Shown here piece after piece: positions 27,304-36,980 of a DNA stretch of 64,000 nucleotides. The DNA comes from Candidatus Omnitrophota bacterium. Lineage in GTDB: Bacteria; Omnitrophota; Gorgyraeia; 2-01-FULL-45-10. The notes under the pieces are model-generated. The model was not told the origin of the DNA, made no database searches, and saw only the letters and a list, made by a program, of their open reading frames with translations. Numbering within the stretch: position 1 is the first letter of the stretch; each line of letters opens with the position of its first letter. The DNA lies in contig JBAZKH010000001.1 of NCBI GenBank assembly GCA_041650935.1, positions 139,945 through 203,944 of the forward strand. Direction: 5' to 3'. The translations under genes were made by a program, and so were the position numbers.

Positions 27304-28158
27304 ATGCGCGAAGCAATAAAGAAGAGTGAAGTCCTCATCGAAGCACTGCCGTATATACGCAAGTTTTATAAGAAGACGATCGTTATAAAATACGGCGGTT
27401 CCGCGGTCGAGGAGAAGGGCATAGAGCAGGGCATCCTCGAGGATATAATATTTATGAGCTATGCCGGTATGCGTCCGGTAATTGTCCACGGCGGCGGACC
27501 ATATATCTCGCGGATGATGAAGAAAGCCGGTATCGAGCCGAAATTTATACAGGGCCTGCGAGTTACCGACGGCCAGTCGATCCATATAATAGACAGGGCG
27601 CTCCATGCTATAAACAGTAAGATTGTCCGCACGTTAAGAACTCTGGGGGCGCGGGCGTTCGGGATGAGCGGGAAAGAGAACGGTATGATCAAGGTCAAGC
27701 GGATGAAGCGCGAATACGATCTAGGCTTCGTGGGCGAGGTTACGTCCGTCGACACTACGGTGGTGAAACAGCTCATCGAGGATAACATCATCACTGTGAT
27801 ATATCCGCTCGGTATAGGCAGAGACGGCCATACATATAACGTAAATGCCGACGATGTAGCCAGCTCGCTTGCAAAAGCGCTCAAAGCGGAGAAGTTTGTT
27901 TTATTGACGAACGTGAACGGTATTATGAAAGATAAGGATGATCCTCGGACCCTGTATAATACGATAAAGGACTCCGAGGTCGAACGCCTTATAAAGCGGC
28001 GGGTCATAAATTCCGGGATGATACCAAAGGCGAGGGCCTGTATCAACGCGACGAAGGGCGGCGTTAAAAAGGCGCATATACTCAACGCCGGCATACCGCA
28101 CGCGTTATTATTGGAAATATTCACGGATAAAGGTATCGGGACAGAGATTGTGAAATAG
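27304..28158 (+). CDS. argB: acetylglutamate kinase
   Basis: AAK family: VIKYGGSAV and VIVHGGGP motifs. Confidence 0.9.
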   Translation: MREAIKKSEVLIEALPYIRKFYKKTIVIKYGGSAVEEKGIEQGILEDIIFMSYAGMRPVIVHGGGPYISRMMKKAGIEPKFIQGLRVTDGQSIHIIDRALHAINSKIVRTLRTLGARAFGMSGKENGMIKVKRMKREYDLGFVGEVTSVDTTVVKQLIEDNIITVIYPLGIGRDGHTYNVNADDVASSLAKALKAEKFVLLTNVNGIMKDKDDPRTLYNTIKDSEVERLIKRRVINSGMIPKARACINATKGGVKKAHILNAGIPHALLLEIFTDKGIGTEIVK

Positions 28159-28187
28159 TGGATAGTGAATAGCGGAGAGTGGATAGT
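28148..28187 (+). repeat. heptamer-repeat element (copy G2) TGAAATAGTGGATAGTGAATAGCGGAGAGTGGATAGT
   Basis: Tandem TGRATAG-like 7-mers. Contains the argB stop and the argD SD. Confidence 0.6.
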
Positions 28188-29372
28188 ATGAAAAAAACAG
28201 AAAAAGTAGTTATGGCGTATGACAGATATGTAATGAATACTTACAAGCGTGTTCCGCTCTGCATTGAAAAAGCAAGCCTCGCGAAGGTCTGGGATATCGA
28301 CGGCAAGGTTTACCTCGACTTCTTCCCGGGCTGGGCCGTTTCGGGGATAGGGCATTGCCATCCTGCGGTAGTGAAGGCGATAAATAACCAGGCGAAGAAA
28401 CTGATGCATGTCTCGAATAATTATTACAGCGAGCCGCAGGCCCTTCTCGCGGAGGCGATAATAAAGAATTCATATCCGGGGAAGGTCTTCTTTGCCAACT
28501 CCGGCGCGGAGGCCAATGAGGCGGCGGTAAAACTCGCCAGGAAGTACGGCCATGATAAAGGCAAGTTTGAGATAATCACCATGACCAAGTCGTTCCACGG
28601 AAGGACGCTCGCCATGATAACGGCGACGGGCCAGGATAAGGTCAAGATAGGATTCGAACCTCTTCCTGCAGGATTTAAACATGTCCCGTTTAACGATATC
28701 GCGGCCGTAAAAGCAGCCGTGAGCGATAAGACCGCCGCCATAATGCTCGAACCGATACAGTGCGAGGGCGGTATCAATATCGCGGATCCTGAATACATGC
28801 GGGCGCTGCGCTTGCTCTGCGATGAGAAGGATATAGTCCTTATATTCGACGAGGTGCAGACAGGGATGGGCAGGGCCGGGAAGATATTCGCGTACCAGAA
28901 TTACGATATTACACCGGACGTTATGACCCTTGCTAAGGCTCTCGGCGGAGGCTTGCCGATAGGCGCGTGCGTGGCAAGGGGTAAATTCGGGGATGTCCTT
29001 ACGCCGGGGACGCACGCTTCCACCTTTGGGGGGTCTCCTATAGTCTGTGCCTCGGGCTTGAGCGTCTTCGAGGCGATAAAGAAAGAAAAATTGATCGCTA
29101 ATACGAATAGGATGGGAGCGTACCTTAAAAAACGGCTTGAAGAGTTGAAGCGGAAATATCATTTTATAAAAGAGATAAGGACCGTCGCGCTTATCATTGG
29201 CGTCGAGCTTAGCATCAAAGGGGACGATATCTACAAGCAGTGCCTCGAAGACGGGCTCCTCATCAATTGTACCCAGGATACGATCCTCAGGATAATGCCG
29301 CCGATGACCGTTACGAAATCGGAAATAGACAAGGCCATTTCGATACTTGACAAAGTCTTTTCGAGGATATAA
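28188..29372 (+). CDS. argD: acetylornithine aminotransferase
   Basis: Class III aminotransferase with the PLP-lysine region FDEVQTGMGRAG...TLAKALGGG. Confidence 0.9.
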   Translation: MKKTEKVVMAYDRYVMNTYKRVPLCIEKASLAKVWDIDGKVYLDFFPGWAVSGIGHCHPAVVKAINNQAKKLMHVSNNYYSEPQALLAEAIIKNSYPGKVFFANSGAEANEAAVKLARKYGHDKGKFEIITMTKSFHGRTLAMITATGQDKVKIGFEPLPAGFKHVPFNDIAAVKAAVSDKTAAIMLEPIQCEGGINIADPEYMRALRLLCDEKDIVLIFDEVQTGMGRAGKIFAYQNYDITPDVMTLAKALGGGLPIGACVARGKFGDVLTPGTHASTFGGSPIVCASGLSVFEAIKKEKLIANTNRMGAYLKKRLEELKRKYHFIKEIRTVALIIGVELSIKGDDIYKQCLEDGLLINCTQDTILRIMPPMTVTKSEIDKAISILDKVFSRI

Positions 29373-29387
29373 CCGAAGGCTGATATT

Positions 29388-30302
29388 ATGAAAGAAGATT
29401 TTATCTCTATAGAGTATCTCGACGAGCGGGATATATCCGACATCCTGGATCTTACGGGAAAAGTTAAATCCGATAGATCCAAATATGCCGCCGCCCTTAA
29501 CGGCAAATCGATAGGGCTTATATTCCAGAAACCGTCGAACCGGACGAGGGTCTCTTTCGAGATAGGCATGGTCCAGCTCGGGGGGCACGCCCTGTATCTG
29601 GGCCCGGACGAGATAGATATGGGAGGGCGGGAGTCCGTCAAGGATGTGGCATGTGTCCTGTCGCGCTATCTCGACGGTATTGTCGCCCGGACATATAAGC
29701 ACAGCGATGTGATAGAGCTTGCGTTGTATGCCGGTATCCCGGTGATAAACGGTTTGAGCGACAGGGCCCATCCCTGCCAGGCATTGACGGATATATTTAC
29801 GATAAAAGAGCGGTTTGGCACCTTCAAAGGGATAACGCTTTCGTATATCGGCGACGGGAATAATGTGCTGAATTCCCTCATGTTTGCCGCCGCTAAGGTC
29901 GGGCTCGATATGCGGATAGCGGCGCCCGGCGGTTATGAGCCACAGAAGGAGCTTATAGGCATTGCGAATAAATTCGCGCGTATTTCGGGCGCGCGTATCT
30001 CGTTTCTGGACGATCCGCGCTCTGCCGCAAAGGGCGCCGACGTGATATATACGGATGTGTGGGTGAGTATGGGGCAGGAGAAGGATTCCGCAAAGCGGCT
30101 GAAGGCATTCAAGGCCTTCCAGGTTAACGATGCCCTCATGAAACTTGCCAAGAAGGATTGTTTGGTGATGCATTGCCTGCCGGCGCATAGAGGACAGGAG
30201 ATAACGGATTCGGTTATCGATTCTCGGAATTCCATAGTCTATGATCAGGCGGAGAACCGGATGCATACCGAGAAGGCGATATTGTTACGGCTGTTACGAT
30301 AA
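29388..30302 (+). CDS. argF: ornithine carbamoyltransferase
   Basis: STRTR motif (KPSNRTRVSFE), HCLPAHRGQE. Confidence 0.9.
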   Translation: MKEDFISIEYLDERDISDILDLTGKVKSDRSKYAAALNGKSIGLIFQKPSNRTRVSFEIGMVQLGGHALYLGPDEIDMGGRESVKDVACVLSRYLDGIVARTYKHSDVIELALYAGIPVINGLSDRAHPCQALTDIFTIKERFGTFKGITLSYIGDGNNVLNSLMFAAAKVGLDMRIAAPGGYEPQKELIGIANKFARISGARISFLDDPRSAAKGADVIYTDVWVSMGQEKDSAKRLKAFKAFQVNDALMKLAKKDCLVMHCLPAHRGQEITDSVIDSRNSIVYDQAENRMHTEKAILLRLLR

Positions 30303-30337
30303 GAGAGGTTGTCGAGTTAAACGGTGTCGACTAAGAA

Positions 30338-30388
30338 GGGCTTAAGGTTGAGGCTGCGCCTGAACCTTAAGTCGTTTTAAGCGGGTAA
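30338..30388 (+). terminator. hairpin CTTAAGGTT(GAGGCTGCGCCTG)AACCTTAAG followed by a T-run
   Basis: 9-bp perfect stem then GTCGTTTT. Confidence 0.55.
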
Positions 30389-30422
30389 CCTAAACCTTAA
30401 CGTAATTTGTGAGGAGCTGTCT

Positions 30423-31613
30423 ATGAGTAAAAAAGTGGTGCTTGCCTATTCCGGCGGGCTCGATACATCGGTAATAATAAAGTGGCTCTCCAATAAAGGC
30501 TATGAAGTCATAGCTTACATGGCCGACGTCGGGCAGGGTTCGGACTTTGCGGTCTACAAGCGCCGCGCGCTGGCTACGGGTGCGGTAAAAGTCGTAGTCG
30601 ACGACCTGAAAGACGAATTCGTTAAGGATTTCGTCTTCAAGGCGCTTAAGGCGGACGCCGTTTATGAAAATAATTACCTGCTTGCCACGGCGTTGTCGCG
30701 TCCGGTGATAGCGAAGGGCCTTGTGCGCACAGCCCGGGAGGAAGGGGCTTGGTACGTGGCGCACGGCTGTACCGGAAAGGGCAATGACCAGGTGAGATTC
30801 GAAGTCACTGTAAATTCTCTAGACCCAAGCTTAAAAATACTGGCCCCGGTCAGGGAATGGGAACTTAAAACAAGATCAGAAGAGATAGAATATGCGAAGG
30901 ATAATCTTATCCCCATCGACACAACAAAGAAGAAGCCATACTCGATTGATGTTAATCTTTGGGGAATATCGATTGAAAGTGGGCGGCTGGAAGATCCTTA
31001 TTACGAGCCTGACGAAGATATATATCAACTTACGAAAGGAATAGATAAGGCAAGGCCGCGGCCTGTCTACGTGGAGATAGAATTCAAAAAAGGCGTGCCC
31101 TTTAAGCTCAACGGCAAGGCTATGGACGGAGTACGCCTGATAACCAGGCTCGGCAGGATAGCCGGCGATGCCGGCGTCGGCCGGAGCGATATGATAGAGA
31201 ACAGGCTCGTCGGCATAAAGTCGCGTGAAATATATGAGGCGCCGGCCGGCTGGGCGCTTCTTACGGCGCACAGGGCGCTTGAGTCGCTGGTCCTTGACCG
31301 GGAGACGCTCCACTTTAAAGAGATAGTGGCGCAGAAATACGCCGAGCTTACCTATTACGGGCTCTGGTATACGCCGCTTAAAGAGGCCCTGGATAAATTT
31401 GTCGACGCGACGCAGGGCTGTGTTAACGGTACCGTGCGGCTGAAGCTGCACAAGGGGAACTGTTCGATCGCCGGCAGGAAATCGCCGAATTCCCTCTATA
31501 AGAAAGAGCTGGCGACCTATGAAGAAGGCGATAAGTTCGACCAGTCTCTGGCGAAGGGGTTCATAGAGATCTGGGGTCTGCCGTATAGGGGATCATGCAA
31601 GAATGTCAAATGA
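30423..31613 (+). CDS. argG: argininosuccinate synthase
   Basis: VLAYSGGLDTS PP-loop motif. Confidence 0.95.
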   Translation: MSKKVVLAYSGGLDTSVIIKWLSNKGYEVIAYMADVGQGSDFAVYKRRALATGAVKVVVDDLKDEFVKDFVFKALKADAVYENNYLLATALSRPVIAKGLVRTAREEGAWYVAHGCTGKGNDQVRFEVTVNSLDPSLKILAPVREWELKTRSEEIEYAKDNLIPIDTTKKKPYSIDVNLWGISIESGRLEDPYYEPDEDIYQLTKGIDKARPRPVYVEIEFKKGVPFKLNGKAMDGVRLITRLGRIAGDAGVGRSDMIENRLVGIKSREIYEAPAGWALLTAHRALESLVLDRETLHFKEIVAQKYAELTYYGLWYTPLKEALDKFVDATQGCVNGTVRLKLHKGNCSIAGRKSPNSLYKKELATYEEGDKFDQSLAKGFIEIWGLPYRGSCKNVK

Positions 31614-31712
31614 CAAAATCCCAATAACAAATCAATCATTAAATAACCAATATCCAATTATTGGGATTTAACGATTGATTTGGTTTTTGTAATTGGGAAT
31701 TCGTAATTTCAG
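31602..31712 (+). repeat. AT-rich ~100-bp palindromic element, family A copy 1 (contains the argG stop)
   Basis: AATGTCAAATGACAAAATCCCAATAACAAATCAATCATTAAAT...ATTTAACGATTGATTTGG.... Inner hairpin AATCCCAATAA/TTATTGGGATT. Confidence 0.7.
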
Positions 31713-31723
31713 ATGAGGTGATC

Positions 31724-33082
31724 ATGGCTAAAAAACTATGGGGTGGGAGATTTACTAAAAAGGCGGATCCGCTCGCCGAAAAATTTACCAGGTCCATACA
31801 GTATGACTATAAGCTTGCGGAATACGATATAGTAGGATCGCTCGTCCATATCGATATATTGAAGAAGGCGGGATATCTTACTATCCCCGAGCGCGCGCGG
31901 CTCGAAAAAGGCCTGAAGGCCATATACGCGAGCGTGAAGAACGGTACTTTTTCACCCGACTGTGCCTGCGAGGATATACATACCGATATACAGAATAAAC
32001 TGCAGGCCCGGGTCGGAGACCTGGTTCTGAAGCTTCACACCGCCCGTTCACGGAATGAGCAGGTCAGCTTCGCGACGAAGGTATACTGCAAAGTGGAGAT
32101 CTCGCGGATCCTGGAACTGGCCGCCGAGGTCGATATTGCTTTATGCGAAACTGCCGCGCGGAATCGCGGTATGGTCATGCCCGGTTTCACGCATATGCAG
32201 CATGCACAGCCCGTCTGCCTGTCGGATTACCTGTCCGCGTACAGCGAAATGCTGAAGCGTGACTATGACCGGTTGTGGGTAGCCTCCGCCAATATCGACC
32301 TGACTATGGGCGCCGGTGCGCTTGCCGGTACGCCTATAAATTATAAAGATTATCATGTCCAGATATCGAAATATCTGGGCGGGGCAAAGGGTATGCGTAA
32401 CATGTTTAAGCTTAAACCGACCGTCAATTCCCTGGATTCGGTGAGCGACAGGGATTTTGTCATCGAACTGCTGGGCGTCCTTGCTATCATAGGGATGCAC
32501 CTGTCGAGGCTGGCTGAGGATTTCATCATCTGGTCTTCAAAGGAGTTCGGTTTCATAGATATCGACGACTCTTTTTGCACGGGCAGTTCGCTTATGCCGC
32601 AGAAGAAGAACCCCGATGTCCTGGAACTGATCAGGGGGTATACCGGCCGGCTATACGGCAATCTCATGAGCGTTCTTACGACGATGAAGGGCCTGCCGCT
32701 TACCTATAATAGGGACATGCAGCTCGACAAGGAGCCGTTATTCAATTCTATAGAGATAATAACCGATGAGCTTAAATTGGCCGGAGGCATAATAAAGACG
32801 GTTAAATTCAACAAAGTCCGGGTCGAGGAATATTTAGAGGATGAGGCCCTGTACGCGACAGACCTTGTCTATTACCTGGTATCGAAGGGCGTGCCGTTCA
32901 AGAGCGCCCATACGATCGTCGGAAAACTCATCAAGTACTCTCTCGATAATTCCATCGAGATAAAGAGCATGACGGAAAGGGAGCTGGGCAGGTTTTCCGA
33001 TAAATTTAAAAAGACGGATGTAATAAAACTATTAAACCCGAAAGTTTCCATCGGGTCGAAGAGATCCGTTAAAAGAGGATAG
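31724..33082 (+). CDS. argH: argininosuccinate lyase
   Basis: MAKKLWGGRF N-terminus, fumarase/ASL signature GSSLMPQKKNPD. Confidence 0.95.
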   Translation: MAKKLWGGRFTKKADPLAEKFTRSIQYDYKLAEYDIVGSLVHIDILKKAGYLTIPERARLEKGLKAIYASVKNGTFSPDCACEDIHTDIQNKLQARVGDLVLKLHTARSRNEQVSFATKVYCKVEISRILELAAEVDIALCETAARNRGMVMPGFTHMQHAQPVCLSDYLSAYSEMLKRDYDRLWVASANIDLTMGAGALAGTPINYKDYHVQISKYLGGAKGMRNMFKLKPTVNSLDSVSDRDFVIELLGVLAIIGMHLSRLAEDFIIWSSKEFGFIDIDDSFCTGSSLMPQKKNPDVLELIRGYTGRLYGNLMSVLTTMKGLPLTYNRDMQLDKEPLFNSIEIITDELKLAGGIIKTVKFNKVRVEEYLEDEALYATDLVYYLVSKGVPFKSAHTIVGKLIKYSLDNSIEIKSMTERELGRFSDKFKKTDVIKLLNPKVSIGSKRSVKRG

Positions 33083-33091
33083 GAGAGTTTT

Positions 33092-34348
33092 GTGCACGAA
33101 TTCACATTCAAGGATAACGAGCTTTACTGCGAGCGGATAAAGGTGGGCGATATCGCGAAGTCGGTCCCGACGCCTTTCTATCTATACAGCTATAAGACGC
33201 TGATGGACCATTATAATAAGCTGAAGGCCGCGTTCCGCACCATCAATCCGCTTATATGTTTTTCGGTAAAGTCGAATTCGAGCATTGCCGTATTGCGCGC
33301 GCTCATTAAACAGGGCGCGGGGCTCGATATAGTTTCGGGCGGGGAGCTTTACAGGGCAAAACTTGCCGGTGCGCGTCCCGGGAAGATAGTATACGCCGGT
33401 GTCGGCAAGAGATGCGAGGAGATAGAAGAAGCTATAAAATTCGGGATACTTTTCTTTAATATAGAATCGGAAGAGGAACTCGATGAGATAGAGCGGGCAG
33501 CCGGCCGGTTGAAGAAGCAGGTAAATGTCGCGATAAGGATAAATCCGGACGTTATCCCGAAGACGCACCACTATATCGCGACCGGCAAAGGCGAAAGCAA
33601 GTTCGGCCTGGATTTTGAAACTGTCCATAAGATATTCAATTCCCGCTGGAGATATCCTCATCTTAAGATGAGGGGGGTGCATATACACATAGGATCGCAG
33701 ATACTCGATGCCGAACCGTTTACGGCGGCGATCAAGAAGGTGCTCGATTTCCTTAAGGAGTGCAAGATAGATATCGAGTACTTCAACATCGGCGGCGGAT
33801 TGGGCATAGTCTATTCGATCGAAAATCCGCAGACCGCGAAGAGTTTCGCGAAGTCGATACTTCCGATCCTGAAAAAGTCCGGGCTTAAAATAATACTCGA
33901 GCCGGGCAGGTTCGTCTCCGGCAATAGCGGCATACTCGTAACGAGGGTCCTCTACACAAAGAGGACGCCGCGAAAAACTTTTGTGATAGTCGACGGCGGG
34001 ATGAGCGATCTCATAAGGCCCAGCCTGTATGAGGCCTACCATAAGATCGTGCCCGTCAAGGTCGACAGCAACTCGTCTGATACCGCCGAGCGGGTGGATA
34101 TCGTCGGACCGATCTGCGAGACGGGCGATTTCCTGGGCAAGGACAGGTACCTGCCGCATATGCCGAAAGGCAGCCTGCTGGCCGTGATGGGGGCGGGCGC
34201 TTATGGTTTCGTAATGTCGAGCAATTACAATTCGCGTCCCCGGGGGGCCGAGGTTATGGTGGTCGGGCGTAATTTTTATACTACAAGGAAAGCGGAAGAG
34301 TATAAGGACCTTGTGCGGGGCGAGATCGTTCCAAGGGTGCTGAGATAG
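33092..34348 (+). CDS. lysA: diaminopimelate decarboxylase
   Basis: GTG start after SD AGGAGAG. Orn/DAP/Arg decarboxylase family (FSVKSN, HIGSQ, EPGR motifs). Confidence 0.9.
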   Translation: MHEFTFKDNELYCERIKVGDIAKSVPTPFYLYSYKTLMDHYNKLKAAFRTINPLICFSVKSNSSIAVLRALIKQGAGLDIVSGGELYRAKLAGARPGKIVYAGVGKRCEEIEEAIKFGILFFNIESEEELDEIERAAGRLKKQVNVAIRINPDVIPKTHHYIATGKGESKFGLDFETVHKIFNSRWRYPHLKMRGVHIHIGSQILDAEPFTAAIKKVLDFLKECKIDIEYFNIGGGLGIVYSIENPQTAKSFAKSILPILKKSGLKIILEPGRFVSGNSGILVTRVLYTKRTPRKTFVIVDGGMSDLIRPSLYEAYHKIVPVKVDSNSSDTAERVDIVGPICETGDFLGKDRYLPHMPKGSLLAVMGAGAYGFVMSSNYNSRPRGAEVMVVGRNFYTTRKAEEYKDLVRGEIVPRVLR

Positions 34349-34358
34349 TGGATAGTAT
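34343..34358 (+). repeat. heptamer-repeat element (copy G3) GAGATAGTGGATAGTAT bridging the lysA stop and the dapF start
   Basis: Lies directly between the two genes. Confidence 0.5.
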
Positions 34359-35180
34359 ATGGGAAAGATAAAGTTTACGAAAGCGGTGGCGACCGGGAAC
34401 GATTTTATCATTATCGATAATAGGACGGGCCGCTTAACGGAAAAGAATTTAGCCGCATTTACGCGAAAAGCCTGCGACCGCAAAAGAGGGATAGGCGCGG
34501 ACGGCGTTCTTTTCATCGAACGCTCGCGGCGGGCCGATTTCAGGATGCGTATCTTCAACTCTGACGGGAGCGAAGCCGGGATGTGCGGCAACGGCTCCAG
34601 GTGCGCGGCGTTATTTGCGGCGACGAGAAAGATCGCTAAGAGTAAGATGACTATAGAGACACTGGCGGGTCTCCTCAATGCGGAAGCGCGGCGTGATGTC
34701 ATCAAGGTAAGGTTGACCGATCCCAAGGATATAAGGTGGAACTTTTGCCTCATGATAAATAAGTGCCCTTATAAAGTCAGCTTCGCCGACACGGGGGTCC
34801 CGCACGTCATACATTTTACCGACGATTTAGAGGCTATCGACGTCAGGAATATCGGTTCCCACATACGCCATCACGGCGAGTTTTCTCCGGAAGGGACGAA
34901 TGCCGATTTTGTCAAGGTAGTAAATGCCCACACTATAAGGATCAGGACCTACGAGAGGGGCGTGGAAGACGAGACACTGGCCTGCGGCACCGGAGCGGTG
35001 GCTAGCGCTATAATCTCCGCGGAGACCGAGCGGATGAAATCCCCTATTGTTGTCGAAACGCTCGGCGGGGAGCGGGTGAATGTCTATTTCGAAATGAAGA
35101 ACGGAAATTTCAAGAACGTATACCTGGAAGGCAGGGCTGAGTTGGTTTATGAGGGAGATTACTTAATAAATAGTAAATAG
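34359..35180 (+). CDS. dapF: diaminopimelate epimerase
   Basis: KFTKAVATGNDFIIID N-terminus. Two catalytic Cys (GNGSRC, CGTGAVA). Confidence 0.9.
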   Translation: MGKIKFTKAVATGNDFIIIDNRTGRLTEKNLAAFTRKACDRKRGIGADGVLFIERSRRADFRMRIFNSDGSEAGMCGNGSRCAALFAATRKIAKSKMTIETLAGLLNAEARRDVIKVRLTDPKDIRWNFCLMINKCPYKVSFADTGVPHVIHFTDDLEAIDVRNIGSHIRHHGEFSPEGTNADFVKVVNAHTIRIRTYERGVEDETLACGTGAVASAIISAETERMKSPIVVETLGGERVNVYFEMKNGNFKNVYLEGRAELVYEGDYLINSK

Positions 35181-35200
35181 TGGATAGTGGATAGAAAGTC
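35168..35200 (+). repeat. heptamer-repeat element (copy G4) AAATAGTAAATAGTGGATAGTGGATAGAAAG
   Basis: Contains the dapF stop codon. Confidence 0.55.
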
Positions 35201-35247
35201 TGACTGGCTTGTACCTATACACTAACGAATATACGGAAGGGAGCTTT

Positions 35248-36120
35248 ATGTTTAAAGGGTCGATGGTGGCGCTTGTAACGCCGTTTAAAAATGGCAAGAT
35301 CGACGAGCGGGCGCTTAAGAGCCTGGTGGAATTTCATATAAGAAGCGGCACGACCGCTCTCGTCCCGTGCGGGACTACGGGTGAGTCGGCAACGCTTTCG
35401 TATGACGAGCACGATAGGGTGATCGAACTTACGATAGAATTCGCGAAAGGGCGCGTGCCTGTTATAGCTGGCACCGGATCGAACTCTACGGAAGAGGCTA
35501 TAGCGCTTACGCGGCACGCCAAGAAATCCGGCGCGGCGGCGTCGCTCCAGGTAAATCCGTACTATAACCGTCCGACCCAGAAGGGGCTCTATCTGCATTT
35601 CAAGGCCATAGCCGAAGCGGTGGATATCCCGATAATCTTATACAACATAGCCGCCCGCACCGGCGTCAATGTCGAACCCGAAACGTTTGCGAAACTGGCG
35701 GAGATCAAGAACATAATAGGCGTAAAAGAAGCGAGCGGATCGCTCGAGCAGATGGCGCGTATCAGGAAGGCGTGCCCGGATAATTTTCTGCTCATTTCCG
35801 GAGACGACGCGCTGACCCTGCCTGTTATGGCGATAGGCGGCGTCGGCATCATCTCGGTCGTCGCGAACATCATTCCGCGCGATGTTGCGGGTATGTGCGG
35901 CGCGTTCGAGCGGGGCGATCTGAAGAAAGCGGCGGCTCTTTATTATAAGATGCTCGGGCTCGTCAAGGCGATGTTCGTCGAGACGAATCCCATACCTGTC
36001 AAGACGGCGATGGGACTCCTGGAAATGTGCTCGCCCGAAATGAGGCTTCCTCTCTGCGGGATGCTGCCTGAAAACAGGGATAAGCTGGTTAAAGCGATGA
36101 AGGAGTATAAATTATTATGA
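35248..36120 (+). CDS. dapA: 4-hydroxy-tetrahydrodipicolinate synthase
   Basis: DapA family GSMVALVTPF...GTTGES... with Schiff-base Lys region. Internal ATG chosen. Confidence 0.9.
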   Translation: MFKGSMVALVTPFKNGKIDERALKSLVEFHIRSGTTALVPCGTTGESATLSYDEHDRVIELTIEFAKGRVPVIAGTGSNSTEEAIALTRHAKKSGAAASLQVNPYYNRPTQKGLYLHFKAIAEAVDIPIILYNIAARTGVNVEPETFAKLAEIKNIIGVKEASGSLEQMARIRKACPDNFLLISGDDALTLPVMAIGGVGIISVVANIIPRDVAGMCGAFERGDLKKAAALYYKMLGLVKAMFVETNPIPVKTAMGLLEMCSPEMRLPLCGMLPENRDKLVKAMKEYKLL

Positions 36121-36794
36121 TAAAGATATGTGTTTCAGGCTCAAATGGAAGGATGGGATCCAGAATTATAGATCTTGCCAAAGACGATGCGGAACTGCGC
36201 GTCAGCGGGTCGTTCGATGTTGTCGAGGAGAATCCCGAGCAGTTTATAGAACTTTCCGATTGTCTGATGGAATTTACCGCGCCGCAGGCGACGATACAGC
36301 ACCTGGAACTGTGCGAAAAACATAAAAAGGCAATGGTGATCGGTACGACCGGGCTGTCTGACGGCGAACGCGCGAAAATCGAGGCGGCATCGGCGACGAT
36401 ACCCATAGTCTTTTCACCCAATATGTCTATAGGCGTAAACCTTCTGTTTAAGCTGGTCTCGGATGCGGCTAAAGCGCTTGGCACCGAATACAGTGTCCAG
36501 GTGCTGGAGGCGCATCATGCCGATAAGAAGGATGCCCCGAGCGGTACAGCCAAGGAAATCGCGCGTATAGTCAAAGAATTGAAGGGCGACAAAGAGGTCC
36601 CGATCGACTCGGTCCGCGAGGGCACGGTTGTCGGGGAACATACCATTACCTTCGAGTCGAGCGTAGATTTGATAGAGATCACGCATAGCGCCAAGACGCG
36701 CGATATATTCGTCACAGGCGCGCTTGCCGCGGCAAAGTGGATCGTTGGGAAAAAGCCCGGCTTGTATTCGATGAAAGATGTGCTGGGGTTGTAA
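36117..36794 (+). CDS. dapB: 4-hydroxy-tetrahydrodipicolinate reductase (short form)
   Basis: MIKICVSGSNGRMGSRI Rossmann N-terminus, EAHHADKKDAPSGTA. Confidence 0.85.
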   Translation: MIKICVSGSNGRMGSRIIDLAKDDAELRVSGSFDVVEENPEQFIELSDCLMEFTAPQATIQHLELCEKHKKAMVIGTTGLSDGERAKIEAASATIPIVFSPNMSIGVNLLFKLVSDAAKALGTEYSVQVLEAHHADKKDAPSGTAKEIARIVKELKGDKEVPIDSVREGTVVGEHTITFESSVDLIEITHSAKTRDIFVTGALAAAKWIVGKKPGLYSMKDVLGL

Positions 36795-36980
36795 AATTTT
36801 TCTCGGTAACGGCAGAATGCGCTGTGCCGGGTGGTTCGTGAGGGACACGTAATTTTTGGCCATGCAAAAATTACGCTCGAAAAAAATTGCTCGGACGCTG
36901 CCTCGCAATTTTTACGCCCTCACTCACCACGTCGTCACATCGCATTCTTACAGTGATGAGCGAAAAATTTTATCGGGGGA
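36795..36980 (+). other. 186-nt highly structured intergenic region (multiple hairpins) between dapB and dapL
   Basis: Stems CGTAATTTTT/AAAAATTACG and AAAATTGC/GCAATTTT, plus outer complementarity AATTTTTCTCGG.../...GAGCGAAAAATTTT. Confidence 0.4.

Noticed and set aside
27226-28187. GTGAATAG repeats as ArgR ARG boxes (they contain TGAATA half-sites next to arg genes)
   Set aside because: The repeats are direct rather than the 18-bp TGAAT-N4-ATTCA palindrome. The same element also flanks fab/acd/etf and lys genes. It is more consistent with a genome-wide REP-like family.
29347-29373. TTGACA-N15/17-TATAAC/TAACCG promoter-like sequence inside the 3' end of argD
   Set aside because: The -10 match is weak and it lies in coding sequence. 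It is not claimed without TSS data.
36795-36980. Lysine riboswitch (L-box) upstream of dapL
   Set aside because: The conserved L-box core motifs are not recognisable by eye. It is kept only as an unclassified structured spacer pending a covariance-model scan.
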